64,000 nucleotides of DNA from Patescibacteria group bacterium. Its GTDB lineage: Bacteria; Patescibacteriota; Patescibacteriia; Patescibacteriales; UBA12465. The notes under the pieces are model-generated. The model did no database searches. It was not told the DNA's origin and was given only the letters and a program-made list of their open reading frames with translations. This document shows positions 43,972 through 52,449 of this stretch, in pieces (position 1 is the first letter of the stretch; each line of letters begins with the position of its first letter). A program made the translations under genes and the position numbers. The stretch spans positions 101,883 through 165,882 of the forward strand of contig JBAZJK010000001.1 in the NCBI GenBank assembly GCA_041651355.1, written 5' to 3'.

Positions 43972-44400
43972 ATGGCAAAAAACAAACAGGGCTTCACCTT
44001 AATCGAATTGTTGGTAGTTATCGCCATCATCGGCTTGCTATCAACCTTATCGATCGTGGCTCTAAACAACGCCAGGGCTCGTTCCCGCGACGCTCGACGC
44101 GTGTCCGATGTCAAGCAAGTCCAAACTGCCCTAGAACTATATTATAACGATAACGGTTCTTATCCTGGTGGTAATGTTTTTGCTTCCTCAAGTATTACTA
44201 ATGGTACAGTCACCTATATGAATACTATCCCGACCCCGCCAACCCCAGCTGACGCCACTGCTTGTTCTGGGACCACTGCTTATACTTATGCGCAGACCAG
44301 CAGCGGCCAATCTTATACGATTACCTATTGTATCGGACAGGCGATTACTGGCGGTCCAGTAGCTGGTTTGAATGTAGCCACTCCGGCTGGCATTAAATAA
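43972..44400 (+). CDS. type IV pilin, paralogue 1
   Basis: Prepilin leader MAKNKQG|FTLIELLVVIAIIGLL with Glu+5, a C-terminal Cys pair (ACSG...YC) and the ATPAGIK end. Confidence 0.85.
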   Translation: MAKNKQGFTLIELLVVIAIIGLLSTLSIVALNNARARSRDARRVSDVKQVQTALELYYNDNGSYPGGNVFASSSITNGTVTYMNTIPTPPTPADATACSGTTAYTYAQTSSGQSYTITYCIGQAITGGPVAGLNVATPAGIK

Positions 44401-44429
44401 GCGATATTTTACTTAAATAATAAATTTTT

Positions 44430-44873
44430 ATGGCAAAAAACAAACAGGGCTTCACCTTAATCGAATTGTTGGTAGTTATCGCCATCATCGGCTTGCTATC
44501 AACCTTATCGATTGTGGCTCTAAACAACGCCAGGGCTCGTTCCCGCGACGCTCGCCGCGTGTCCGATGTCAAGCAGATGCAGACTGCTCTGGAGCTATAT
44601 TATAACGATGTGGGCAGTTATCCGCCCTCAGCTTCAGTAACAGCTGGCGGTACGATTGCTAATGGATCTACCGTTTATATGCAGATCGTTCCCACTGCAC
44701 CGACTCCTAATGATGGCTCTTGTACGGCTGGTACTAACACCTACACTTATACTCAGAGAACGGTTACTACTACCGGCGATTCTTATACGATCAGCTATTG
44801 CGTCGGTCAAACTATTACTAACGGTCCGACCGGCGGTTCCTTAACTAGCGCTACTCCGGCTGGTATTAAATAA
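44430..44873 (+). CDS. type IV pilin, paralogue 2
   Basis: The first roughly 146 nt differ from paralogue 1 at only 2 positions. The variable globular domain is followed by the conserved ATPAGIK end. Confidence 0.85.
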   Translation: MAKNKQGFTLIELLVVIAIIGLLSTLSIVALNNARARSRDARRVSDVKQMQTALELYYNDVGSYPPSASVTAGGTIANGSTVYMQIVPTAPTPNDGSCTAGTNTYTYTQRTVTTTGDSYTISYCVGQTITNGPTGGSLTSATPAGIK

Positions 44874-44903
44874 GATAATTTTCGTTTTTTATTCTTTAAG
44901 CTT

Positions 44904-45332
44904 ATGACTAAGCAGGGGCAGGGTTTCACTTTGATCGAGCTTTTAGTGGTCATCGCCATCATCGGTTTACTTTCTACTTTATCAGTTGTTTCCTTGAATA
45001 ATGCCCGTTCCCGGGCACGTGATGCTCGCCGTGTTTCTGATATCAAACAGATGCAGACTGCTTTGGAATTGTATTATAATGATGTGGGCACCTATCCGGG
45101 TGGAGACCCGATTGCTTCGACAACGATTGCTAATGGCACGACCGTTTATATGAAGACTGTCCCGACTCCGCCGACGCCGGCTGACGTAACTGCTTGTTCC
45201 GGAACGACTGCTTATACCTACGCCCAAACTCTTAGCGGCCAATCATATACTTTAAAATATTGCGTCGGCCAAGCTATCAGCGGCGGTCCGGCGGCTGGTT
45301 TAAACACGGCTACCCCGGCTGGCATAAAATAA
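44904..45332 (+). CDS. type IV pilin, paralogue 3
   Basis: Leader MTKQGQG|FTLIELLVVIAIIGLL. Its globular domain is close to that of paralogue 1, but the 5' end has diverged at many synonymous sites. Confidence 0.85.
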   Translation: MTKQGQGFTLIELLVVIAIIGLLSTLSVVSLNNARSRARDARRVSDIKQMQTALELYYNDVGTYPGGDPIASTTIANGTTVYMKTVPTPPTPADVTACSGTTAYTYAQTLSGQSYTLKYCVGQAISGGPAAGLNTATPAGIK

Positions 45333-45346
45333 ATAGATAGAGATAT

Positions 45347-45376
45347 AAAAAAATCGCCCGAAAGGCGATTTTTTTG
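45347..45376 (+). terminator. rho-independent terminator after the pilin array
   Basis: An A-run, then ATCGCC-cgaaa-GGCGAT, then T7. Confidence 0.6.
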
Positions 45377-45407
45377 TGGCTAATTTTAGGTATGCTATAA
45401 TGGTTTT

Positions 45408-46394
45408 ATGGCTTTACAGAAATTAAAATCGGCCTCTGAATTAACTAAGCTAATCTTGGATAACCCTGATTTTTATCAGAATCAAGGCGTCTTTTTGCAA
45501 GGCGGAGAGTGGCAGAAAGTTTGGCGGCAAGAAGCCAAGGATTTCGTTAGTTATGCTTATTATAAAGACGGCCGTTGCCTAGGTTTGTTATCCGCCTCTT
45601 TGCATAGAACAAAATTGGGAATTTCTTATTTATACTCCCCCAAAGGCCCCCTTTTCTGTGGCCATCAGGCGGAAGCTAAAGAATTTTTAGAAGAGATAAT
45701 TCAAGAGACTAGGCGGCTTGGCGTTCATTTCTGGCGTTTTGAACCAAGTTCAGATTTATTCAATAATTGGTTCAATCAATCCAAGAAGATCATCTTTAAT
45801 AAAATTAAGGACATCCAGCCGTCTCAGACAATACAATTAGATTTAGCTAAATCCGAGACAGAACTGCTTTCAGCTATGCACCCTAAAACCAGATATAATA
45901 TCCGCTTAGCTGAGAAGAAAGATTTAGAATTTTCTCAAGGCGGGGCCGAAGACTTTGAGGATTTCTGGTCTTTAATGTCTACTACTTCCGAGCGCGACGC
46001 CTTCCGTTTACACAGTCGGGATCATTACCAGGTCCTTTTAGATCAAAGCGATTTTATCAGGTTGTTTTTGGTCCGCTATCAGGGGCGGGCGGTTGCTGCT
46101 GGTCTTTTTTCCTTCTTTGCCGACACGGTTACTTATCTCCACGGAGCCTCAGCCAACGCCGATCGAAATCTGATGGCTCCATATTTGTTGCAATGGGAAC
46201 TTATCAGGCAGGCAAAGGCGGAGGGTTATAAGCATTATGATTTCTATGGCATCGACGCTCAACGTTGGCCGGGGGTCACTCGTTTCAAAAGCGGCTTCGG
46301 GGGCAAAGTGCTATCTTGTCCGGGGAGCTATGATTTGGTTTTAAGACCTCTGGCCTATAGGCTGTATTCATTTCTTAAAAGTTTGAAATCTTAA
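45408..46394 (+). CDS. FemAB-family peptidoglycan interpeptide-bridge aminoacyltransferase
   Basis: 328 aa with MHPKTRYNIRLAEKK and a GNAT-like duplicated fold pattern typical of FemX/FemAB. Confidence 0.75.
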   Translation: MALQKLKSASELTKLILDNPDFYQNQGVFLQGGEWQKVWRQEAKDFVSYAYYKDGRCLGLLSASLHRTKLGISYLYSPKGPLFCGHQAEAKEFLEEIIQETRRLGVHFWRFEPSSDLFNNWFNQSKKIIFNKIKDIQPSQTIQLDLAKSETELLSAMHPKTRYNIRLAEKKDLEFSQGGAEDFEDFWSLMSTTSERDAFRLHSRDHYQVLLDQSDFIRLFLVRYQGRAVAAGLFSFFADTVTYLHGASANADRNLMAPYLLQWELIRQAKAEGYKHYDFYGIDAQRWPGVTRFKSGFGGKVLSCPGSYDLVLRPLAYRLYSFLKSLKS

Positions 46395-46399
46395 AATAT

Positions 46400-46870
46400 A
46401 TGACCGAAATCATCAATTTTACTAAGAATAAGCTGCAACAGAAAAAGATAGCGGCGGCTGTCGATCTTTTTTTATTTTCCTATCGCAAGGCAGATTTTTT
46501 GGTGTCGGTAGTCTTGGTAGGGGATCGCCGGATGCAGAGTTTGAACCGTAAATACCGGGGCCAGAATAAAAGCACGGATGTCCTGTCCTTCCGCCAGGAG
46601 GAATACATGGGTAATATCTTGGGGGAGATATTTATCAATTTACAGGAAGCGGCTCGGGTCAGGAAATTCCAGGGATTATTAGAAGAACTAAAATGTAAAG
46701 ATATTAATTTCCGCCATACCAAAGATTTCATTTTTTATTTCCTTTTGACTCACGGCTTGCTGCATCTTATCGGTTATAATGACGATAGCCCCAAGGAACG
46801 CCAGCTCATGTTAGACTTGGGGAAAAAATTCATGCATAAATTGGCGGGATGTGGTATAATTAAACTATGA
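46400..46870 (+). CDS. ybeY: rRNA maturation endoribonuclease YbeY
   Basis: Zn-binding signature HGLLHLIGYNDD. 156 aa. Confidence 0.8.
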   Translation: MTEIINFTKNKLQQKKIAAAVDLFLFSYRKADFLVSVVLVGDRRMQSLNRKYRGQNKSTDVLSFRQEEYMGNILGEIFINLQEAARVRKFQGLLEELKCKDINFRHTKDFIFYFLLTHGLLHLIGYNDDSPKERQLMLDLGKKFMHKLAGCGIIKL

Positions 46871-49800
46871 GAAAAAAGCCATCTATGGCTAGGATTAAAA
46901 TATCCCATCAACTAAAAAAACACTTACACAAATCAACTCATCACCACCTCTTGAGGGAGTTTTTGATTATCCTGATTTTGACCTTGTTGGCTACTTCTGG
47001 CTGGTTGCCGATTACTTTTTTAGAAACAAAAGATGGCCAGGCTTTAAACCAGGTAAATAATTGGGCTTTCACCGGAGCATCGACTGGCTGGACTGCAGGT
47101 AATGGTACAGGAACCAATACTTGTGGCGATGATAATTCAGCCACAACTTATGCTTTTGCTACTTTTGCTTATTACGCTAATGATTTCCGGGCCGTTACTG
47201 GCACCACCGTTGGTCGCGACTATCGTGGCCATATCAGACAGACCTTTGTGGCCCCTGGGTCAGGCGATGTTAAAGTCAAAGGACGTTTTAAATATACGAC
47301 GAGCGCGACTTCGTGGACCAGTGCTAGCGGCTGGGCTCGTTTAGATATCTATGATGCTGCCAACTCTACTTTTATAGGTTCTCTAGGTTGTGTCACCTTC
47401 AGCTCTTCACTCACTAACCAATATTCTGCCTATGCTAGCGATGTGACTTTAACTGGTGGCACTACGTATACTGTCAGAGTGACGATGAAGGCGACACGTG
47501 GCTCCTTGTCTAACGTGACCGTTAGAGTAGATGAAGTTGTCGTTAATGCCGCCCCTGTCGGTGTAACAGCTAGTGCGCCAGCTGATACGACTAATGCAGC
47601 TTTAGATTGGACAGCTAGTACTGGCGGCAGCAGTTCCAATGCTTTGCATGGCACGACTCCCTATAAAGTTTATCGCAACACGGCTTCTCCGGTTACGACC
47701 AGTAATTTTTTAGCAAATTCGACCACTGATTCCTATACTGACTCCAGCACTAGTCCTAGGGTGACTTATTATTACGCCGTTACTAACTATGACACCGGTT
47801 CATATGAATCACCCCTATCAGCCGAGGTGTCTGTAAAGACCCGGCCGGCTACTCCGGGGGCTATCAGTTTTTCAAGTGTTACTTCTAATTCAATGCGGGT
47901 TAGCTGGTCGGCTCCTTCAGCCGGAGCTGATAGCTATAAGGTGGAAAGGTGTGAAGGAACCGGCTGCAGTAGTTACGGGGAAATTGCCACCGGCGTTACA
48001 AATACTTATTACGATGACTCTGGTTTGAGTAGCGGCACGGTTTATCGTTATCGTATCAGGGCAACAGATAGCGTTAGCGGTGATGGCGCTTATAATACTC
48101 CAGCCGAGCAAGCGACAACCGCGGCCGCTCCGACAGCGACCACCCAGACTGCCTCCAGTATTAATTACAACGCTGCCACCGGTAACGGCACGGTCACGGC
48201 CACTGGCGGAGAAAATCCTACTCGTTATATCCAATGGGGCACGACTGTCTCATACGGTAGTTCTTGCAGTGCCGGAAGCGGCGGTACCGGCGCTTATAGT
48301 TGCGCTATCAGCAGTTTAAGTCCTAATACTCTCTACCATGTCCGCGCCTATGCCACTAACAGCGGCGGCACGGGTTATGGCAATGATTCAACTTTTACAA
48401 CTTTACCTGGTACCACTAGTTTGCCAGGGACTCCTATTTCTAACGTTGGCGCAACCGCTATGCGCTTTACTTGGACCGCCCCTTCAGGTGGAGCTGATAG
48501 CTATAAAGTGGAAAGATGCCAGGGGACGAGCTGTAGTGATTTTTCTCAGATTGCGTCCGGCGTTACCAATACCTATTATGATGATTCTAGTCTAACTGGT
48601 AATACTATTTATCGCTATCGAGCTCGGGCAACGAATACGACCGGCGATGGCGCCTATTCCAATGCCACTAGCGATCAGCTAACCTACCCGGACGTTCCAA
48701 CTAGCATTACTTTCTCTGATGTCACTACCAGTTCAATGCGTGTTAATTGGTCGGCTCCTGCCGGCGGAGCGGCGAGTTATAAAGTGGAAAGATGTCAGGG
48801 AACAGGGTGCAGTGATTTTTCCCAGATTGCCACTGGTGTTACAAATACTTATTACGATGACTCTGGCTTAAGTGCCGATACGGTGTACCGTTATCGCATG
48901 AAAGGCACTAATTCGGTGGGTGACGGTTCTTATGCTACCGCTGCCGAAAGATTAACTAGCGGTTCTGGTGGAGTCACTTCAGAAAACAATATCCGGGGCA
49001 ATGCTTATAATGCCACCTATGGCAAGATCTCTTTTAACTGTCTTGATGATGGCACCGGCGGCCATTTTCCCTATACCTTTCCTTTTCCTTTCTCCACTGA
49101 ACCCTGTAATCCAAATACTCACGGAGTCAATTTAGATGAAAGCAATAATTTTGCCGGCGAGGCTTGGAATGCGACTTTAGGCTTGATTACTTTTAATGCC
49201 ACGACTACGCCGCCTGATAATTATGCTTTTAATACTAATTGTCCGAATACTTGTAATTTGGCCAATAATTGTTGGGCTTGCTATAACGAAAATGACCAAA
49301 AGATGTATGGTTGGGCCAGGGTGATTAATGGTGGGCAATGGATACAATTCAATAGCAGTCTGGCGCCTCAGTCCAGTATGAATAATTATCTTTCCCCGAA
49401 TCCCGGCATCTTTAGCGGTTATGCTTCCAGCTCCTTCGGCTCTATCAGCTTGAATTGTATCAACGATAATTCTTGTTTAAGCGATGATTATAAAGTCTAT
49501 CGCTGGCCGATAGAGATTAGACAATTAAGTGCGCCTAATTGGGCTTTCTCTGAGGCTTGTTCCAGCGGTGCCCGGCAAGCGGTGCTCAAATGGTATGTAA
49601 ATAGCGGCTCGCAAAGCGCTTATCAGGTAATTATCAATAATGCTAATAACACGACTAGTCCGATCTATGATTCCGGCAAGACAAGCGGTTCGGCTAAGCA
49701 GTTTATCTGCGATGGCGGCGCCTGTTCCTTGGATTATGACGAACACTATTATTTCTGGTTGCGCCTCTGGGACGAAAGCTACACAGCTACGCCGACTCCT

Positions 49801-50253
49801 TGGCGGCAATTCAATACTAGTGCTGGCGATGTTTTGACTGATAATGTAGCCGCAAACAGCAGTAGCCAGAACCCAACCCTAACCTTTACGACCTATAAGC
49901 ATGAATTCCCGATGCCTTATTTCTCTTGGAGTCCTTTTGATGTGATCGTCGGCAGTACCACTAGTTTCACTAATTCTTCCCAGTATTATAACAGCACTTA
50001 TCCTAACTATAATCCTCAGGTCTGTTCCGCCGGCACCTGCTATTACCTTTGGACAACGACCGACACCGGAGCGATGATTGCTAGTAACACGGCGGCGACT
50101 ACCAGTATTGTATTCACCAAAGCCACTGGCACCAGGGTATACTTAAAGACGACTGATGCGGATAATTATTTCTGCAGTACCTCCACCCTGTTGAACGTTA
50201 ACTTCTTGTTACCGACCTGGAAGGAAGTCAAGGCGACCTCGACCGGTAATTAA
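46867..50253 (+). CDS. giant membrane-anchored surface protein with FN3 repeats
   Basis: 1128 aa with an N-terminal TM helix. Three or more FN3 modules share (A/G)(D/A)SYKVERCxGTxCSxFxQIAxGVTNTYYDDSxLxxxTxYRYR. The C-terminal half has repeated G.A.N...G.I.FN motifs. Confidence 0.8.
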   Translation: MRKKPSMARIKISHQLKKHLHKSTHHHLLREFLIILILTLLATSGWLPITFLETKDGQALNQVNNWAFTGASTGWTAGNGTGTNTCGDDNSATTYAFATFAYYANDFRAVTGTTVGRDYRGHIRQTFVAPGSGDVKVKGRFKYTTSATSWTSASGWARLDIYDAANSTFIGSLGCVTFSSSLTNQYSAYASDVTLTGGTTYTVRVTMKATRGSLSNVTVRVDEVVVNAAPVGVTASAPADTTNAALDWTASTGGSSSNALHGTTPYKVYRNTASPVTTSNFLANSTTDSYTDSSTSPRVTYYYAVTNYDTGSYESPLSAEVSVKTRPATPGAISFSSVTSNSMRVSWSAPSAGADSYKVERCEGTGCSSYGEIATGVTNTYYDDSGLSSGTVYRYRIRATDSVSGDGAYNTPAEQATTAAAPTATTQTASSINYNAATGNGTVTATGGENPTRYIQWGTTVSYGSSCSAGSGGTGAYSCAISSLSPNTLYHVRAYATNSGGTGYGNDSTFTTLPGTTSLPGTPISNVGATAMRFTWTAPSGGADSYKVERCQGTSCSDFSQIASGVTNTYYDDSSLTGNTIYRYRARATNTTGDGAYSNATSDQLTYPDVPTSITFSDVTTSSMRVNWSAPAGGAASYKVERCQGTGCSDFSQIATGVTNTYYDDSGLSADTVYRYRMKGTNSVGDGSYATAAERLTSGSGGVTSENNIRGNAYNATYGKISFNCLDDGTGGHFPYTFPFPFSTEPCNPNTHGVNLDESNNFAGEAWNATLGLITFNATTTPPDNYAFNTNCPNTCNLANNCWACYNENDQKMYGWARVINGGQWIQFNSSLAPQSSMNNYLSPNPGIFSGYASSSFGSISLNCINDNSCLSDDYKVYRWPIEIRQLSAPNWAFSEACSSGARQAVLKWYVNSGSQSAYQVIINNANNTTSPIYDSGKTSGSAKQFICDGGACSLDYDEHYYFWLRLWDESYTATPTPWRQFNTSAGDVLTDNVAANSSSQNPTLTFTTYKHEFPMPYFSWSPFDVIVGSTTSFTNSSQYYNSTYPNYNPQVCSAGTCYYLWTTTDTGAMIASNTAATTSIVFTKATGTRVYLKTTDADNYFCSTSTLLNVNFLLPTWKEVKATSTGN

Positions 50254-50272
50254 TTATTTAATCGGATCATTA

Positions 50273-50881
50273 ATGTTTCCAAGAGTCTCTAAATATTGTC
50301 GCCTCTTCTTGGCGACATCTTTAAAAGTAAATTCCAAGCCGCGTCGTCTGCCCGGCTTTTCTTTGCCGGAAGTAATTGTCAGCTTATCGATTATCGTCAT
50401 GATTACGGCGATATTTCTCAGTAATTATCGCGATGCAGAGAAGAGAAGCGATTTAAGCATGAGCGCCCAGAATCTCGTGAGTGATATTCATTTAACCCAG
50501 AGTTATGCCTTGGGCTTGGCTGAGTATGCCGGTGAAGTGCCCAGCGGCGGCTGGGGGCTACACTTTGACAGTGCGACCTCGAGTGCTGATCGTTATATTA
50601 TTTTTGCCGATACTAACGCTAACCAGCGCTATGACGTGGGCGAAGAGGACCCAAACAGCGGCGGTCGGACAATCTATTTTTCTAAAACTACCAGAATCAA
50701 GGGTTTTACTGGAGTAACCAGCCCCTTAGATATTACTTTTTTGCCACCCGACCCCATCACTACCATCTATGGCGGGAGCGGGACTTCGACCGTGGTTGAT
50801 ATCATTCTGACAGAAATAGTTAATAATACGGAAAAATCTGTCCAGGTGAACTTTTTAGGTTTAGCCGAAGCTTTAGATTAG
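50273..50881 (+). CDS. minor (pseudo)pilin
   Basis: Prepilin-type motif LPG|FSLPEVIVSLSIIVMITAIFL. The leader as drawn is unusually long, so the true start may be downstream or non-ATG. Confidence 0.65.
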   Translation: MFPRVSKYCRLFLATSLKVNSKPRRLPGFSLPEVIVSLSIIVMITAIFLSNYRDAEKRSDLSMSAQNLVSDIHLTQSYALGLAEYAGEVPSGGWGLHFDSATSSADRYIIFADTNANQRYDVGEEDPNSGGRTIYFSKTTRIKGFTGVTSPLDITFLPPDPITTIYGGSGTSTVVDIILTEIVNNTEKSVQVNFLGLAEALD

Positions 50882-50887
50882 ATATTT

Positions 50888-51409
50888 ATGAAGCGCTTAC
50901 TTTCCAAATTCCCAATATCCAAGCCCGGCTTTTCTCTCTTAGAGGTAATTACCGTCTTGTTCATTATTTCCATCGGCATGATCGGGACCATGTCTCTTAT
51001 CGTCCAGAATATTCAGACAGAACAGGCTAATCGCGGCAATCTTATTGCTTGCCAATTAGCTCAAGAGGGCTTGGAGCTTATCAGGAAGACCCGGGATAAT
51101 AATTGGCTAGTGCCTCAGGATTGGCTGACTGATTTAAGCGACGGGACTTATAAGATGGATTATTCGATGGCCACCCCCACGTCGATTACAACGATTGATG
51201 AAGGCGTTTTGTTACTAGAAAATGGCTTTTATCGCCATTATGCGCCGGCCGAAGGCGAGAACGTCAATCTCGAGACTGATTTTTACCGGGTTTTGACCCT
51301 GCAATCTTTAAGTGAAGTCAGCGAACAAGTCCAGTCGGCCGTTACTTGGTCTAATCGGGGCCGCGAATATAATTGTACTTTAATGACTATCCTATATGAT
51401 TGGCGTTAG
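50888..51409 (+). CDS. minor (pseudo)pilin
   Basis: KPG|FSLLEVITVLFIISIGMIG prepilin N-terminus. Confidence 0.7.
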   Translation: MKRLLSKFPISKPGFSLLEVITVLFIISIGMIGTMSLIVQNIQTEQANRGNLIACQLAQEGLELIRKTRDNNWLVPQDWLTDLSDGTYKMDYSMATPTSITTIDEGVLLLENGFYRHYAPAEGENVNLETDFYRVLTLQSLSEVSEQVQSAVTWSNRGREYNCTLMTILYDWR

Positions 51410-51971
51410 TTTTTTTAAAAAAGCAGAAAATAAGTCCGGATTTACTTTGGTCGAAGTTCTAGTGGCCACCACGATTTTTGTCGTCATTATGCTGTCGGCT
51501 ACCAGCATCTTTAAATATGCTTTAGAGGGTCAGAAGAAGAGCTTGATGTCGCAGAACGTCCAAGAAAGCTTGCGTTACTTTTTGGAGGTTATCGGCAAGG
51601 AAATCAGGATGGCTCAGCGCGATAACGGGGTTTGTACGAGTACGCCCGATACCCAGATATTTGCTTCCAGCACTAATGCTTTCGGTGATGTCTTGGAGTT
51701 TAAAAATTACCATGGCCAGTGCGTCCGTTATTATTTGTTTGGCGCTGGAGATTTCACTCGTTTTACCGTCAAGCGCGATACCGCCATCGAGTTTATCTCT
51801 CCCTTGTCAGTTGATGTTTCGGATTTGAGGTTTTTGGTCGAGGAAGAGGAGGGCAAGCAAGCGTTCGTGACGGTCAGCTTCAAGGGTGAGGCAGTGACTC
51901 CGTCTGGGGGTAGGGCAGAGGCGATCAATGTCCAAACCTCCATTGTTTCCCGCTATTACCCCCTAGATTAA
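51396..51971 (+). CDS. minor (pseudo)pilin
   Basis: NKSG|FTLVEVLVATTIFVVIM prepilin N-terminus. It overlaps the previous gene by 14 nt. Confidence 0.7.
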   Translation: MIGVSFFKKAENKSGFTLVEVLVATTIFVVIMLSATSIFKYALEGQKKSLMSQNVQESLRYFLEVIGKEIRMAQRDNGVCTSTPDTQIFASSTNAFGDVLEFKNYHGQCVRYYLFGAGDFTRFTVKRDTAIEFISPLSVDVSDLRFLVEEEEGKQAFVTVSFKGEAVTPSGGRAEAINVQTSIVSRYYPLD

Positions 51972-51975
51972 GTTT

Positions 51976-52353
51976 ATGTGGCAGAATCTGAAAAAATTCG
52001 TTGATTTCAATCATCCGGGCAGCGCCTTGCTTTTGTCTCTCTTTATATTGACCAGTATCGTCGTGGTTGCTTTCTCCGGGGCAAGCGGGGTCTTGTCTAA
52101 CGTCAAGATCAGCGGGGCTGTTACCCGGTCTTTTCGTGCCTATTTCGCGGCTGAGGCCGGAGCTGAGAGGCTTTTGTTCGAGGTGCGCCATAACGAGTAT
52201 GATTTGGGGGTTTATTCTGGGAACAACATCTTCTCTGACACCTTAAGTAATGCCGCTACTTATCGGGTAGATTATAAATCTTTTGCCCCGACTATTTTTT
52301 CTTCGGTTGGATCTTTCGACAAGGTAAGGCGGAGCGTGGAAATAAGCTTCTAA
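51976..52353 (+). CDS. PilX-like minor pilin candidate (no Glu+5)
   Basis: 125 aa with an N-terminal hydrophobic helix GSALLLSLFILTSIVVVAF. It is the last gene of the minor-pilin set. Confidence 0.5.
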   Translation: MWQNLKKFVDFNHPGSALLLSLFILTSIVVVAFSGASGVLSNVKISGAVTRSFRAYFAAEAGAERLLFEVRHNEYDLGVYSGNNIFSDTLSNAATYRVDYKSFAPTIFSSVGSFDKVRRSVEISF

Positions 52354-52449
52354 GGCCTTCCCATATATTTGAAAAATTGGTATAATTAAAATATCAAGAG
52401 CAAGTCAAGTTTTATTAAATTTTTTTAATTAGCAGACTTGCCCAAGCCT

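Noticed and set aside
44656-45242. ORFs 44656..44844 (+), 44807..45046 (-) and 44982..45242 (-) across the pilin array.
   Set aside because: They lie out of frame or antisense within the pilin genes, which have unmistakable prepilin signatures.
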